From assembly GCA_035293905.1 (NCBI GenBank), contig DATGLY010000115.1, positions 1,291 to 65,290 of the forward strand: a stretch of 64,000 nt of DNA. Direction: 5' to 3'. Each line of letters begins with the position of its first letter. The first letter of the stretch is position 1. Below are positions 9,750-19,790 of the stretch, one piece after another. This stretch comes from Bryobacteraceae bacterium (GTDB taxonomy: Bacteria; Acidobacteriota; Terriglobia; Bryobacterales; Bryobacteraceae). A program made the translations under genes and the position numbers. A model generated the notes under the pieces. That model saw only the letters and a list, made by a program, of their open reading frames with translations, was not told the origin of the DNA and searched no databases.

Positions 9750-11285
9750 ATGTCCGTCTTCACGAGGACGTCAATCGAGAATTCAAACGCAGAGCCGCCC
9801 GGCGCGAAGGACGATCGCTTTTGGCGCTCTTCGCCACTTCTGGCGGCTGTCATCTCCTTGCTGGTAGCGGCAGCCGCCGCTTACAACCGGCCCCCGTGGT
9901 CGGATGAAGGATGGTTTTCCAGCGCCTCCTACAACTTGGCCCGAAATGGCGCCTTTGCCACCACGATCGTCGAGCCCGCGAGCACCGGCTTGACTCGTAT
10001 TGACCAGCACACATATTGGGTAATGCCTCTCTATCTCTTGTGTCAGGCTCTGTGGTACCGCATATTTCCGGCCAGCCTCTTCTCCACCAGAGCCTTCAAT
10101 ATGGCGCTAATTCCCCTTGCCATTTGGGGGTTTTACATATATCTGAGCCGCCTGAAGCTCGGCGCAAGACCGCCAAAGCTAGCCGCGTGTCTGCTCGCGT
10201 TGAGCTTTATCTTTATCGATAATGCGGCGTTCGCGCGGCCCGATTTCTTGTGTCTTGTTCTCGGAATATGGAGCTTTGCGTCTTATTTACTTTTACGCGA
10301 AGGGTCAGCCGCTAAAGCTTTGTTCATTGCGAACACTCTCGCCGCTGCGAGCGTATTTACTCACCCAAATGGAATCTTGCATTTTTTTGGCTTGTGGATG
10401 CTGGCGCTATGGTATGACGGCCGGCGTTTCTCCAAGCGAGATGTGGCCGTGGCGCTGGCCCCATACGTCTTATTTACCGGCTTATGGTTGCGCTACGTTC
10501 TGGAGGATTTCCCGGCATTCCAGGACCAAATGCTCGCCAACGGCATCCATGATGGCCGGTGGACCAGCACGCTGAATCCTTTGCTTATCGTTTGGAATGA
10601 GACAGTCCGATATCTGGTGGCGTTCGGTCTTATCACGCGGGGCGTGGCGTTGACAAAGTCTTTGGCCCTGTTGGCGTATTTGGCGTCCGTAATAGGCTGC
10701 CTCGGCGACAAATCTCTGCGTAACAGCCGTTCCATTCGGTTTTTGCTTGGGCTCCTGGCGGTTTACTTCGTCATCATGTCAGTGTTCAACCAGAAGCTCA
10801 CCTACTACCTAATCCACATTGTGCCGGTTTATATCGCATTGCTTGCAGTTTGGTGCGTTCATCTATGGGAAGTCCATCCGCGCGCTCGCTGGCTGGTCAG
10901 GCTGGGTCTCGTGCTCCTCGTTTCGGTTGAAACCGGGGGCATACTGCTAAAGTCATACGTGCGATCATATTTATCGTCGGAGCGCGGTATGATCCAATAT
11001 CTTCGGGCGAACAGCGTTCCTTCGGATCGAATCGTTGGCTCGGCGGCGATGATTTACGCCACAGGATTCGATCCTCGCCTCCGCGATGACCTTTACCTTG
11101 GTATAAAGTCTGGTCGCGCACCCGATATCATCGTGATCAATTCTATCTACCGCGATGTATACGCTGGCTGGAGCAAGCAGCGTCCGGAGGATATGCGGGA
11201 GATATACGCGCGGCTTTCCGCCTACCGGCTCGCGTATCAAAACGGTGAGTACGATGTCTATTTTCTAAAGAAGGCAGGCAGTTAG
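9750..11285 (+). CDS. GT-C fold membrane glycosyltransferase (GT39/PMT_2, ArnT-like)
   Basis: 511-aa ORF with about 11 hydrophobic segments. The first loop, PPWSDEGWFSSASYNLARNG, resembles the acidic first periplasmic loop of GT-C enzymes. Confidence 0.6.
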   Translation: MSVFTRTSIENSNAEPPGAKDDRFWRSSPLLAAVISLLVAAAAAYNRPPWSDEGWFSSASYNLARNGAFATTIVEPASTGLTRIDQHTYWVMPLYLLCQALWYRIFPASLFSTRAFNMALIPLAIWGFYIYLSRLKLGARPPKLAACLLALSFIFIDNAAFARPDFLCLVLGIWSFASYLLLREGSAAKALFIANTLAAASVFTHPNGILHFFGLWMLALWYDGRRFSKRDVAVALAPYVLFTGLWLRYVLEDFPAFQDQMLANGIHDGRWTSTLNPLLIVWNETVRYLVAFGLITRGVALTKSLALLAYLASVIGCLGDKSLRNSRSIRFLLGLLAVYFVIMSVFNQKLTYYLIHIVPVYIALLAVWCVHLWEVHPRARWLVRLGLVLLVSVETGGILLKSYVRSYLSSERGMIQYLRANSVPSDRIVGSAAMIYATGFDPRLRDDLYLGIKSGRAPDIIVINSIYRDVYAGWSKQRPEDMREIYARLSAYRLAYQNGEYDVYFLKKAGS

Positions 11286-11389
11286 GTTAGCTGCAGCAGG
11301 GTGGTTCCTCTGATCTCAAAAATCAAAAAGGGTCCCTAGCATTTGCTCCAGCTACCACAATAGAACCGGTACAGCGGAAACCAGGCTGA

Positions 11390-12349
11390 TCAGGACGTCC
11401 CGCGAAAGATCTTTTCCCCCAACCACCGCCACTCCAGCCAACTTCGCATCCGGTCGTCCAACGTGACTGCCGGTCGTTGCGCGGCCAAAAAATCGAGCAT
11501 TTCCGAAGTGGGAACAAACCAACCGTTTTTCCGGCTAAGACGATGCATGAGTCGGCAAAACTCCGGGCGAAGCTTGCCATCAACGACAAAGCCGTGTCCA
11601 AAATGGGTGTAGAGAATGCATGCGCCACCCTCAGCTTCAAGGCGATCCTGATTGGCTTCAGAAATGGCGCGAATGAACGAGGGTCCTTTCGCTCCTTCAC
11701 TGGCTGCAAACCAATAATTTACCCACGGCCTGACGCGGTCGTGATAGGGCATCCAAGGACAAGCTCGAAGAGTGTTGAGATCCGAGAAGACAAAGTTGCG
11801 GCAATAGCGAATCCGCTCGCGGCATAAGTCGCCCCAGAAGCAAGGGTGGCCCTCGACGTGACCTGAGTGCCGGCTGGCGGAGCGCAATGGAGTAAGCGCC
11901 CGGTACGCGCACCGGCGCAAGCCGGTCAGGCGCGCCGGACCCCAGTAAATCGCCTCGCCATTGTAATGATTGGCCATGGAAGAGGGATCCGTGCCGAATA
12001 AATCTCGAAAACGGTCGAGCCCCTCCAACGTTTCGGCGCGTGGCGAGGTGTGCAGCGTGGCGCCATGCCAGCCGATCTCGAAATTCTGCGAGGCCAACTC
12101 TTTTAAGTAGTCGGCATATTGAGGATTAGCGCAGGTTTCACCGCCGGAGTTGGGCTCGCGCCGTGGAGCCAGCGGCCAGACAGCGATCGTCGTACGGAAT
12201 CCTAGATCCGCCAAAAACCCATACACAAGCCGGCTGGTTTCAAGGGACTGGCCATCGGGATCGTCAAAAACCGTAAACGCAAATCTGCGGCCGCGTGGCC
12301 AGGAGATGGGGGCGCGAATCTTATGCGGCTGGCTTTGTTCTTCTGACAT
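11390..12349 (-). CDS. Polysaccharide deacetylase-like (CE4/NodB-like) protein, tentative
   Basis: 319-aa ORF with no signal peptide. FTVFDDPDG and WHGATLHT resemble CE4 motif 1 (TFDD) and the His motif. Its start overlaps the FkbM gene end by 29 nt. Confidence 0.4.
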   Translation of the reverse strand: MSEEQSQPHKIRAPISWPRGRRFAFTVFDDPDGQSLETSRLVYGFLADLGFRTTIAVWPLAPRREPNSGGETCANPQYADYLKELASQNFEIGWHGATLHTSPRAETLEGLDRFRDLFGTDPSSMANHYNGEAIYWGPARLTGLRRCAYRALTPLRSASRHSGHVEGHPCFWGDLCRERIRYCRNFVFSDLNTLRACPWMPYHDRVRPWVNYWFAASEGAKGPSFIRAISEANQDRLEAEGGACILYTHFGHGFVVDGKLRPEFCRLMHRLSRKNGWFVPTSEMLDFLAAQRPAVTLDDRMRSWLEWRWLGEKIFRGTS

Positions 12350-13076
12350 AAAAAGTGGCTTCGCCTCTTTGAGTGCGCTCGAATGACTCCATCGCCTGTT
12401 CGACTACTTGGCTGCACCCAGGGCGTAGCCGATCATGCAATTCGATGATCAAACAACCCAAGCCGGCTAACCATCCAGTCTCTTCGAATATTTCTTTCTC
12501 CGCGCCTTCGACATCGATTTTGGCCAGATCGATGGCCGAAATGCGCATCTCTTGCATCAGAGTCCGCATTGTAACCGCCCGGACTTTGGCGCCCTTGCGT
12601 CCCTCACGAGTAACAAAGGCCCATTTTCCGCGGAAGCCGCTTGCGGGATCCGGTTCCGTGACGCAGATTTCTCCGTCCCGATTCCAAAGCGCCGCTTGAA
12701 TCGGAATAATTGCCGAATAACGCCGGGTATTTTTAACGAGAAGCGCAAAGTTGGAGGTTTCCGGTTCTATCGCGAAAATCTTCGCTTCCGGGTATCGGCG
12801 GGCGAAATAGATCGAGGCCATGCCGATGTTGGCCCCGGCGTCGATAATGATCTTTGGTGAAAAGGGCAAGTCAAAGGCATACTCCGCTTCCAATAGAACC
12901 TGCTCGTACGTTATAGAATCGGTGGTTTTTATGCGGAGGCGTATGGGGCTTCGAAAGCCCCGGGGACGTACGCTAAGCTCTTTGGGATGCCCGAACACTC
13001 GATGTGCGCCTGCTGCTAAAACGCCCCAAAATCCAAATCTGGAATAATACCATTTCACGGCGCCACGAACCCCCAT
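12321..13076 (-). CDS. FkbM family SAM-dependent methyltransferase
   Basis: 251 aa with an FkbM-type core: IIIDAGANIGMASIYFARRYPEAKIFAIEPETSNFALLVKN and IDLAKIDVEGAEKEI. Confidence 0.8.
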   Translation of the reverse strand: MGVRGAVKWYYSRFGFWGVLAAGAHRVFGHPKELSVRPRGFRSPIRLRIKTTDSITYEQVLLEAEYAFDLPFSPKIIIDAGANIGMASIYFARRYPEAKIFAIEPETSNFALLVKNTRRYSAIIPIQAALWNRDGEICVTEPDPASGFRGKWAFVTREGRKGAKVRAVTMRTLMQEMRISAIDLAKIDVEGAEKEIFEETGWLAGLGCLIIELHDRLRPGCSQVVEQAMESFERTQRGEATFYVRRTKPAA

Positions 13077-13224
13077 CGCGGTTCGATTATAGAGGATTTT
13101 GGCCTGGACAGTTTACGCGCGTCATGAAGTTGCGGGCTTCTAAGGCTCGCGAAGTTTATGTAACAATTTGATAGCCGCGGGGCTAATGGCGCGGTTTAGA
13201 ATTCCTGGTAGTGTGTAACTTGGA

Positions 13225-14790
13225 ATGATCGGAGCCTCTACTCACCGGCGGTTCGCGATTAATGTGGCGAGCGGTCTTGGATCGCTCTCCCTAGGGCTTC
13301 TGTTGGGGCTGTGGTACACGCCCTATATGATCCGGCGCCTAGGCGTGACGGTGTACGGCCTGGTGCCGCTGGCCGGCTCCATCACAAACTATCTGACGAT
13401 CGTAACTACGATCATCGCAAGCAGCGTTGCCCGATTCATTGTGGCGGACTTGGCTCGCGGGGACGCGGTTAGCGCCAATCGGCACTTCAACACGTTTCTG
13501 GCCGCGGCGGCGGCGATCGCTGTCGCACTGTTCTCGCTTTCCGCCAGCTTCGGCCTTACACTCTTTCCAATTCTGTTTAAAATGCCCCTGGGGCAGGAAC
13601 GAGCCTCGCAGGGCTTGTTCATCGCTATCGCCGGGACCTTTCTCTTATCGACGATCTCGAATGTTTTCGCGTCTTCCATTTGGGTCTCGAACCGCTTTGA
13701 AATACAGTATCTGATCGAGGGCGCGACGTCGATCTTGCGCGTTGGCCTGATCGTTCTATTTTTCACCGTGTGGCAGCCCGCGTTGTGGCAAGTGGGAATA
13801 GCCTTTGCTTGCGCCGGGGTTTTCGGACTCGCGGCGAACATAGCCGCGTGTTGGAAACTCGCCCCGAGCCTGCGACTGCGCGCTTCCGACTTCGACCGCT
13901 CCAAGCTGGCCGAGTTGGGACAAATGGGCGGCTGGTTATTGGTGTATCAAGTGGGAAGCGTCTTGTTTCTGAACATGGACCTGATCCTGGTGAATGTTTT
14001 GCTGGGACCGGATGCGGGGGGACATTATGCTCCCCTGGTCCAGTGGCTTTCGCTCCTCCGCATGGTGGCGATGATGGTCGCGGGGGTGCTTGGTCCCCCG
14101 CTGATTGTCTTTCACGCCCGGCGCGAAATGGACAGCCTGCTACGGGTATCGGGACAGGCCGCGAAACTTATGGGCCTGTTGATTGCTCTCCCGATCGGGC
14201 TATTGTGTGGTTTTAGCGGTCCGCTGTTGGGGACATGGCTTGGACGTTCGTTCGTGGCGTACGCGCCGCTTACTTGGCTGCTGCTGATACCGCTTTCGCT
14301 GGAGGCCGCCCAGATGCATTTGGGATCGATTACGATCGCCGCGAATAAGGTGCGGGTTCCCGGTCTGCTGAGTCTCGCTTCAGGAATCGCCTATGTTGGA
14401 GCTGCAACGCTGTTGACGCGCCAATTCCGGCTCGGTTTATTCGGCATCGCGCTGGCGGGCGCGGCCGTGTCGCTGGGACGAAGCGCGCTGTTGTCCGCTT
14501 ATGCCGCGCGCGTGATGGAGCGGCGCGAAAACGTCTTCGCCGGAAAGATGGCGGGCGCTCTCACGGCGGCTCTCATTCTCGGCAGCGCAGCATTCGGCGC
14601 TTCCCACTGGGTGACGCCGGGCTCCTGGATCCGATTGGTTTTGTTCGCGGCTCCGCTGGGCGGCGCGTATCTGTTGGCGGCATATCTTTTTATTCTTAAA
14701 GATGAGGACCGCGCGCGGGTCAAGCACATCTTGTTGCTTCGGGGCTCGATAGAACCTGTTCCCGCGCCTGCGGGCAGCCCATTGGCGTGA
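13225..14790 (+). CDS. Polysaccharide/oligosaccharide flippase (Wzx-like, MOP superfamily)
   Basis: 521-aa ORF, hydrophobic throughout (about 14 TM), with no soluble domain. It lies in the glycosyltransferase cluster and its stop overlaps the GT2 start. Confidence 0.7.
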   Translation: MIGASTHRRFAINVASGLGSLSLGLLLGLWYTPYMIRRLGVTVYGLVPLAGSITNYLTIVTTIIASSVARFIVADLARGDAVSANRHFNTFLAAAAAIAVALFSLSASFGLTLFPILFKMPLGQERASQGLFIAIAGTFLLSTISNVFASSIWVSNRFEIQYLIEGATSILRVGLIVLFFTVWQPALWQVGIAFACAGVFGLAANIAACWKLAPSLRLRASDFDRSKLAELGQMGGWLLVYQVGSVLFLNMDLILVNVLLGPDAGGHYAPLVQWLSLLRMVAMMVAGVLGPPLIVFHARREMDSLLRVSGQAAKLMGLLIALPIGLLCGFSGPLLGTWLGRSFVAYAPLTWLLLIPLSLEAAQMHLGSITIAANKVRVPGLLSLASGIAYVGAATLLTRQFRLGLFGIALAGAAVSLGRSALLSAYAARVMERRENVFAGKMAGALTAALILGSAAFGASHWVTPGSWIRLVLFAAPLGGAYLLAAYLFILKDEDRARVKHILLLRGSIEPVPAPAGSPLA

Positions 14791-15761
14791 TGGAAGAGAT
14801 GGCGCAGCCTTTGGTGAGCGCAATAATCCCGGCGTACAATGCCGCGGGCTATATTCGCGAAGCCCTCGACTCCATTTTTGCGCAGAGCTTTCCTGACTTC
14901 GAAGCTATTGTCGTCAATGACGGCTCTCCCGACGGCGGGGCGCTCGAGTCGGTTCTCGCCTCCTATTCGGACACGCGCCTCCGATACCTCCGAAAAACCA
15001 ATGGAGGCCTTTCCAGCGCGCGCAACGCGGGAATCGCCGCCGCGCGGGGGAAATGGGTGGCCTTTCTCGATGCGGACGATATCTGGCTGCCGAATTATTT
15101 GAACTCTCAGCTCGTTTTGCTTGGCCGCGAACCAGACGCCGCCGCGGCTTTTCCCGACGGATTCATCTTCGGCGACACTCCGCTGAGCGGAAAACGTCTG
15201 TCGGCTATCCCAGGGCACCAGCTCGGCCCGGTTACGCTAACGGACGTAGTGATGGGACGTAGCAATTTAAACTATTGTTGCACGGTGAAGCGCGCCTCGA
15301 TTGAGCGCATCGGCGGGTTCGACGAATCCTTAAAGAGAACAGAGGATCATGACCTTTATCTCCGGCTGCTCTTGGCCGGCGAGCGGATCTTGGTCAACCC
15401 CGAGCCGTTGTTTCGCTACCGGCGGCGCAACGACAGCCTGTCGGCTGATGGCGTCGCGATGGCCCGTGCGGCGTTGGAAGTTTTCGAAAAGCTCGATTCT
15501 CAATTCGCCCGCCACCCCGGGCTTTCGCGCCTGGTGCAGGATAGACGGAACGGCTTTCGCGCCGATATCGAATTCGCGCTTGCCCGGGAAGCCCTCCTGC
15601 AAATGCGCTGGCGCGCGGCTCGCGAGCATTGGCGCGCATATCAGCGACTGCGTCCCTCATGGAAAGTTGCGGCGGCTTTGGGGATCAGCCGCATATCGCC
15701 TCGCTCGGCGCTGGCGTTGATGAAACTCAACGACCGGTTCCGGCGTGCGGCCTTGCGATAA
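14787..15761 (+). CDS. Glycosyltransferase family 2
   Basis: GT-A signature VSAIIPAYNAAGYIREALDSIFAQSFPDFEAIVVNDGSPD and FLDADD. Start is GTG 14787 or ATG 14790, overlapping the flippase stop (GTGATG). Confidence 0.85.
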   Translation: MMEEMAQPLVSAIIPAYNAAGYIREALDSIFAQSFPDFEAIVVNDGSPDGGALESVLASYSDTRLRYLRKTNGGLSSARNAGIAAARGKWVAFLDADDIWLPNYLNSQLVLLGREPDAAAAFPDGFIFGDTPLSGKRLSAIPGHQLGPVTLTDVVMGRSNLNYCCTVKRASIERIGGFDESLKRTEDHDLYLRLLLAGERILVNPEPLFRYRRRNDSLSADGVAMARAALEVFEKLDSQFARHPGLSRLVQDRRNGFRADIEFALAREALLQMRWRAAREHWRAYQRLRPSWKVAAALGISRISPRSALALMKLNDRFRRAALR

Positions 15762-15886
15762 GGCAATGCTGCCGATTCGATGATCGGAAGATTGAAAAGG
15801 CGATCGCGGCCGCTCCGCGGCGGCTCGCTCGTTGGAAGCTTGTGCTTATCCGAATCGCTGAACGCACGGTCGCCGGAAGCGGGATC

Positions 15887-17035
15887 TCAGAGCCGCCTTT
15901 GCGGAGCGCCGCGTAGCGAAGCCCCTGACAAGTAAGATCGGTAGACGCCCGCCATCCGCCCGACCAAGACTCGGTGGTCAAAACGCTCACGGATAAACGA
16001 GACGGCCTTGGCGCTGAGAGCGGAACGTGCGCTCTGGTCGGCAATCAAGCTCCGAAGTTTTCCGGCAAGGTCCTCTGCGTCGCCCGCCCGAAACAAAAGA
16101 CCGGTGACGCCATCTTCAATCAGCTCCGGATTTCCTCCTACCCGAGACGCAATTGGGCAACAGCCGCAGGCCATGGCTTCCATGAGTGAATTCGACAATG
16201 CCTCCGTTGTGGAAGGCAAAACGAATATGTCGATCTCCCGCAGCCAGGGCGTGACGTCGGAGACCTCGGGTTGAAATACGCATTGAGGCAAGACGCCCAA
16301 CCTCCGAGCCTGATCCTGGAGAGAGCCAAGCATCGGGCCACTGCCGACGACAAGAAGAATTAGACCGGGAGCGCCGCAAGCCACCCGGGCGAACGCCTCC
16401 ACCAGCGTCTCCAGATCCTTTTCTGGCCGCAGCATGCAGACTACCCCTATGATCAAGGCCGCGCCGGCGAGACCGCCCGGTCGTAATTTCTGCTGCGGAC
16501 GATATCGCGCCGTGTCAATCCAGTTAGGACAAACATGGATCAATTCGGGAGACGCCCCCTCCTCCACCATGTGCCGGCGCATAGCCTCGCAGTTGACCAC
16601 GATGCCGTCCACCATTCGATCGGTAAGGCGGATCACGCTGCGGGCGCGCGGGTGAAGGGCCCGATGGGCACGCTGACTGGAGAGCACAAACGGAACGCCG
16701 AACGCTCGGGATACAGGCACGCCGAAGCAGGTCAGGGGAAGGTCAAAAGTATGAACAAGCTGGATTCGATTCCGGCGGACGTAGCGGCCCAAAACCCACG
16801 CGCCGCGCGCCGCGCTAAAGTTCAGAAACGATCGGACCGGCAGGCGCAGGACCGGCACTCCGCGGCTTCTTAGCTCGCTCGCGCGAACCCCATGATCATA
16901 AAAGCAGCCTACATGGACCGCGAATTCCGCCGGATCGAGAGCGACTGCCAGCTCCGCCATCTGGCGCTCGCTGCCGCCGGCCCCCAAACTGCGAGCCATT
17001 AGAAGAATGGGCGCTGGACATGGATCAGCGCGCAT
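15887..17035 (-). CDS. Glycosyltransferase family 4 (GT-B fold)
   Basis: N-domain ILLMARSLGAGGSERQ and C-domain EALSNSLMEAMACGCCPIASRVGGNPELIEDGVTGLL. Start placed at ATG 17035, which overlaps the upstream gene by 11 nt; the ORF-track start at 17113 would overlap it by 89 nt. Confidence 0.8.
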   Translation of the reverse strand: MRADPCPAPILLMARSLGAGGSERQMAELAVALDPAEFAVHVGCFYDHGVRASELRSRGVPVLRLPVRSFLNFSAARGAWVLGRYVRRNRIQLVHTFDLPLTCFGVPVSRAFGVPFVLSSQRAHRALHPRARSVIRLTDRMVDGIVVNCEAMRRHMVEEGASPELIHVCPNWIDTARYRPQQKLRPGGLAGAALIIGVVCMLRPEKDLETLVEAFARVACGAPGLILLVVGSGPMLGSLQDQARRLGVLPQCVFQPEVSDVTPWLREIDIFVLPSTTEALSNSLMEAMACGCCPIASRVGGNPELIEDGVTGLLFRAGDAEDLAGKLRSLIADQSARSALSAKAVSFIRERFDHRVLVGRMAGVYRSYLSGASLRGAPQRRL

Positions 17036-18245
17036 TTGGTCCGTCCAACCGCCGCCGGAAGATTTCCGCCAAACACGCGACGTTGCGGCCCAAATTGAAT
17101 TTCTCCACAACACGTTCCCGCGCCGCCTTTCCTAGTCTCCGGCGCAGATCGGAGTCGTCCATGAATTCGCAGATCGCCGCCGCCAGCGCTTCCGCATCGG
17201 ATGGCGGGATCAACCAGCCATCCACGCCATGGCGAATCAGCTCCGGAACTCCTGCGACCCAAGTCGCAATGCATGGAATCTCCATCGCCATTGCCTCCAT
17301 CAGCACCACCGGAACTCCTTCCGCAAAACTGCTCATGACAAACACGTCGGCATCGCGATAGAAGGCCAGAATCCGATCCTGGCCCACGCCGCCCTCCAGC
17401 CGGACATAGTGCTCCAATTCCTGTTCGGCGATCTCGCGCTCCAGTTCGGACCGCATTGGTCCGTCTCCCACAATCCGCAGTCGGATGGAGCGGCGCTCTT
17501 GCCGAACCAGGCGTTGAATCGCCGCAATTAGAATGTGCTGGCCCTTGGCGGAAGCCAGCCGGCCGACCGTGAGAATTTCCAAGCGCTCCGGGCGATCCCG
17601 ATGCGGCCGCGGGCAAAACACATTTGGATCCACGCCCAGCGGCGCCACTTCCAGTTTCTCCCAATGCCGCGGTTCGGAGATCCGCATCAGTTGGCTGCAT
17701 GAATATTTACTGATGGCGCAGAGAAACTTCGCTTCGGCGACTTTTTGGGGCAGGTAGTAGCCTTTGGAATCGGCGAACTCGTCCGCGCCGTGGATGGTTG
17801 CGGAAAAAGTCAGCGGAAAAACACGCGCCGCGATAAGCGCCACGGTTGAACTAAAATGCGAATGCAAATGCTTCACTCCCCTGCGTCTAGCTTCGGCGCC
17901 CACCACCACTGCTTCTCCGAAGTACATTGCGTTCGAAACCATTTTTCGGAGGTCCAGGCCGGCCAGCCGCAGAGCATAAGCGGCTCCCTTCAAATAAGTC
18001 CACGGAGTGCGCAGCATCGCCCCGAGATGAGCGCGCACCAACGAAGCCAACCCGGCCTGCAACACTACGTAAGTCTTATCGCGCTCCTCCCTTTCTAGCG
18101 CCGAGAGCTGCTCAAGGGAGCGGTCGGATCCGTGTATAGAAATGACGTGGATTTCAAAACCGGAATCCCGCAGCGCCCGAATTTCGCGCAGAAGAAACGT
18201 GTGCGTCACCGCGGGATATCGGCTAAGAAGATATGCCAGGCGCAT
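17025..18245 (-). CDS. Glycosyltransferase family 4 (WcaL-like)
   Basis: 406 aa. The N-terminus MRLAYLLSRYPAVTHTFLLREI is typical of WcaL-like GT4. C-domain: EGVPVVLMEAMAMEIPCIATWVAGVPELIRHGVDGWL. Confidence 0.8.
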   Translation of the reverse strand: MRLAYLLSRYPAVTHTFLLREIRALRDSGFEIHVISIHGSDRSLEQLSALEREERDKTYVVLQAGLASLVRAHLGAMLRTPWTYLKGAAYALRLAGLDLRKMVSNAMYFGEAVVVGAEARRRGVKHLHSHFSSTVALIAARVFPLTFSATIHGADEFADSKGYYLPQKVAEAKFLCAISKYSCSQLMRISEPRHWEKLEVAPLGVDPNVFCPRPHRDRPERLEILTVGRLASAKGQHILIAAIQRLVRQERRSIRLRIVGDGPMRSELEREIAEQELEHYVRLEGGVGQDRILAFYRDADVFVMSSFAEGVPVVLMEAMAMEIPCIATWVAGVPELIRHGVDGWLIPPSDAEALAAAICEFMDDSDLRRRLGKAARERVVEKFNLGRNVACLAEIFRRRLDGPNAR

Positions 18246-18300
18246 GAAAGAAACGGCTGCTGTAATGCGGCGCGCGGGCTTGGCCCACCGTTCGAAAAAC

Positions 18301-18885
18301 TCAAAATCGCTTCACAATCGCACTTTTTCCGGGGAAGCCAGCGTCCTGCAAATCCGCGCGAGCCTGGCTGAGTCCTCCATCGGCGATGGGGCCTACCAGA
18401 ACCCGGAAAAGGCCGGGTTTTTCGGGAACCTCCATCGAAGTGGCGTGGAAATCTTTCCTGCGCAACACCTCGACTTCAAGTTCGGCTTCGTGCCGGGTTG
18501 TGGCGGCAAGCTGAAGATATACTCCCTTGGGCGCGCTGCTTGCGGCCGGCTCCGCGGAGGGACGATCTGCCCGGGCTCCAGCCGCTGCCGGCGTTTCGCT
18601 TTTGGATGTTTCATCCACTGCGGTGGAGGACGTGGCCTCCGGCGCGCCGGTGGCTGGTTCATCTGCCTTTCCCGGATTCTTGGGCACAGGCGATTCCACA
18701 ACCAGCGGCTTCACTTCCTGCTTGGGCGCCGTGGCGACTTCCACGCTGGCGGAACCGGAATTGCGTCCCATCACGTATCCCATTCCGAAAAATAAGGCCA
18801 GGAGGATAACGACGATGAAAAACACGCCCAGAAGCTGGCCGTTGCCCAAAATCAGTTCAACTTCGCCGTCTTCGTTTTTCTTCAC
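18301..18885 (-). CDS. SPOR domain-containing membrane protein
   Basis: 194 aa with a GTG start directly abutting the upstream TGA. N-terminal TM LLGVFFIVVILLALFFGMGYVMG, a Pro/Ala-rich linker, and a C-terminal SPOR-type segment GVYLQLAATTRHEAELEV...FRVLVGPIADGGLSQARADLQDAGF. Confidence 0.75.
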   Translation of the reverse strand: MKKNEDGEVELILGNGQLLGVFFIVVILLALFFGMGYVMGRNSGSASVEVATAPKQEVKPLVVESPVPKNPGKADEPATGAPEATSSTAVDETSKSETPAAAGARADRPSAEPAASSAPKGVYLQLAATTRHEAELEVEVLRRKDFHATSMEVPEKPGLFRVLVGPIADGGLSQARADLQDAGFPGKSAIVKRF

Positions 18886-19719
18886 TCAAGATTCCTTGGG
18901 AGGCGCGCCCGCTGGCGGACCTCCCGACATCGGGATCTCGTTGCTTGGCTGCCCATCTCCGCCGCTTGCCCGGTTCAACAGGCGCCCTATGGATGACAGT
19001 ATATCGATTGGCAAAGGGAAAACGACCGTCGTATTTTTTTCGGACCCGATCTCCACCAGCGTCTGGAGGTAGCGTAGCTGAATCGCGATGGGCTGGCGCG
19101 CCATGGTTTCCGCCGCCCGCTCCAAATTTTGAGCCGCCGCGTATTCGCCTTCCGCGTGGATGATTTTGGCCCTTCGCTCGCGCTCAGCCTCCGCCTGACG
19201 CGCGATGGCGCGGATCATCTGGTCCGGAAGGTCCACTTGCTTTACCTCCACCATTGTCACCTTCACTCCCCATGGGCCGGTGTGCTGGTCGAGGGTTCCT
19301 TGCAGCTTTACATTGAGCTTTTCCCGTTGGCTCAACAATTCGTCCAGCTCCACTTCCCCTAGCACGCTGCGCAGCGTCGTCTGGGCGAGCTGCGAAGTCG
19401 CGTATAAGTAGTTGGCGACTTCCAGGACCGCTTTCGTCGGATCCACAATCCGAAAGTAAACGACTGCGTTGACCTTCACCGTCACGTTGTCGCGCGTCAC
19501 GACGTCCTGCGCAGGGACCTCGAAGGCCTCGATGCGCAGCGGGACGCGGACTATCCGGTCGATGGGAGCGAAAACAAGGATCACGCCGGGGCCTTTCGGC
19601 GCGGACAGAACGCGGCCCAACCGAAAAATGACTCCGCGCTCGTACTCCGCCAATATTTTGATGCTTGAAGCCAGGTATATCAAGACCACCAGGACCGGAA
19701 TCAAAACTGTAAGGTCCAT
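18886..19719 (-). CDS. SPFH/band-7 (prokaryotic stomatin, slipin) family protein
   Basis: 277 aa with an N-terminal TM followed by [66 protein letters not shown] and [17 protein letters not shown]. Confidence 0.9.
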   Translation of the reverse strand: MDLTVLIPVLVVLIYLASSIKILAEYERGVIFRLGRVLSAPKGPGVILVFAPIDRIVRVPLRIEAFEVPAQDVVTRDNVTVKVNAVVYFRIVDPTKAVLEVANYLYATSQLAQTTLRSVLGEVELDELLSQREKLNVKLQGTLDQHTGPWGVKVTMVEVKQVDLPDQMIRAIARQAEAERERRAKIIHAEGEYAAAQNLERAAETMARQPIAIQLRYLQTLVEIGSEKNTTVVFPLPIDILSSIGRLLNRASGGDGQPSNEIPMSGGPPAGAPPKES

Positions 19720-19790
19720 TCGATTCTCCTCGAGGGCTTACTGCTAGCCAATTGACAAACTCCGGCTTAAGATAACATTTTCAAGCGGAG

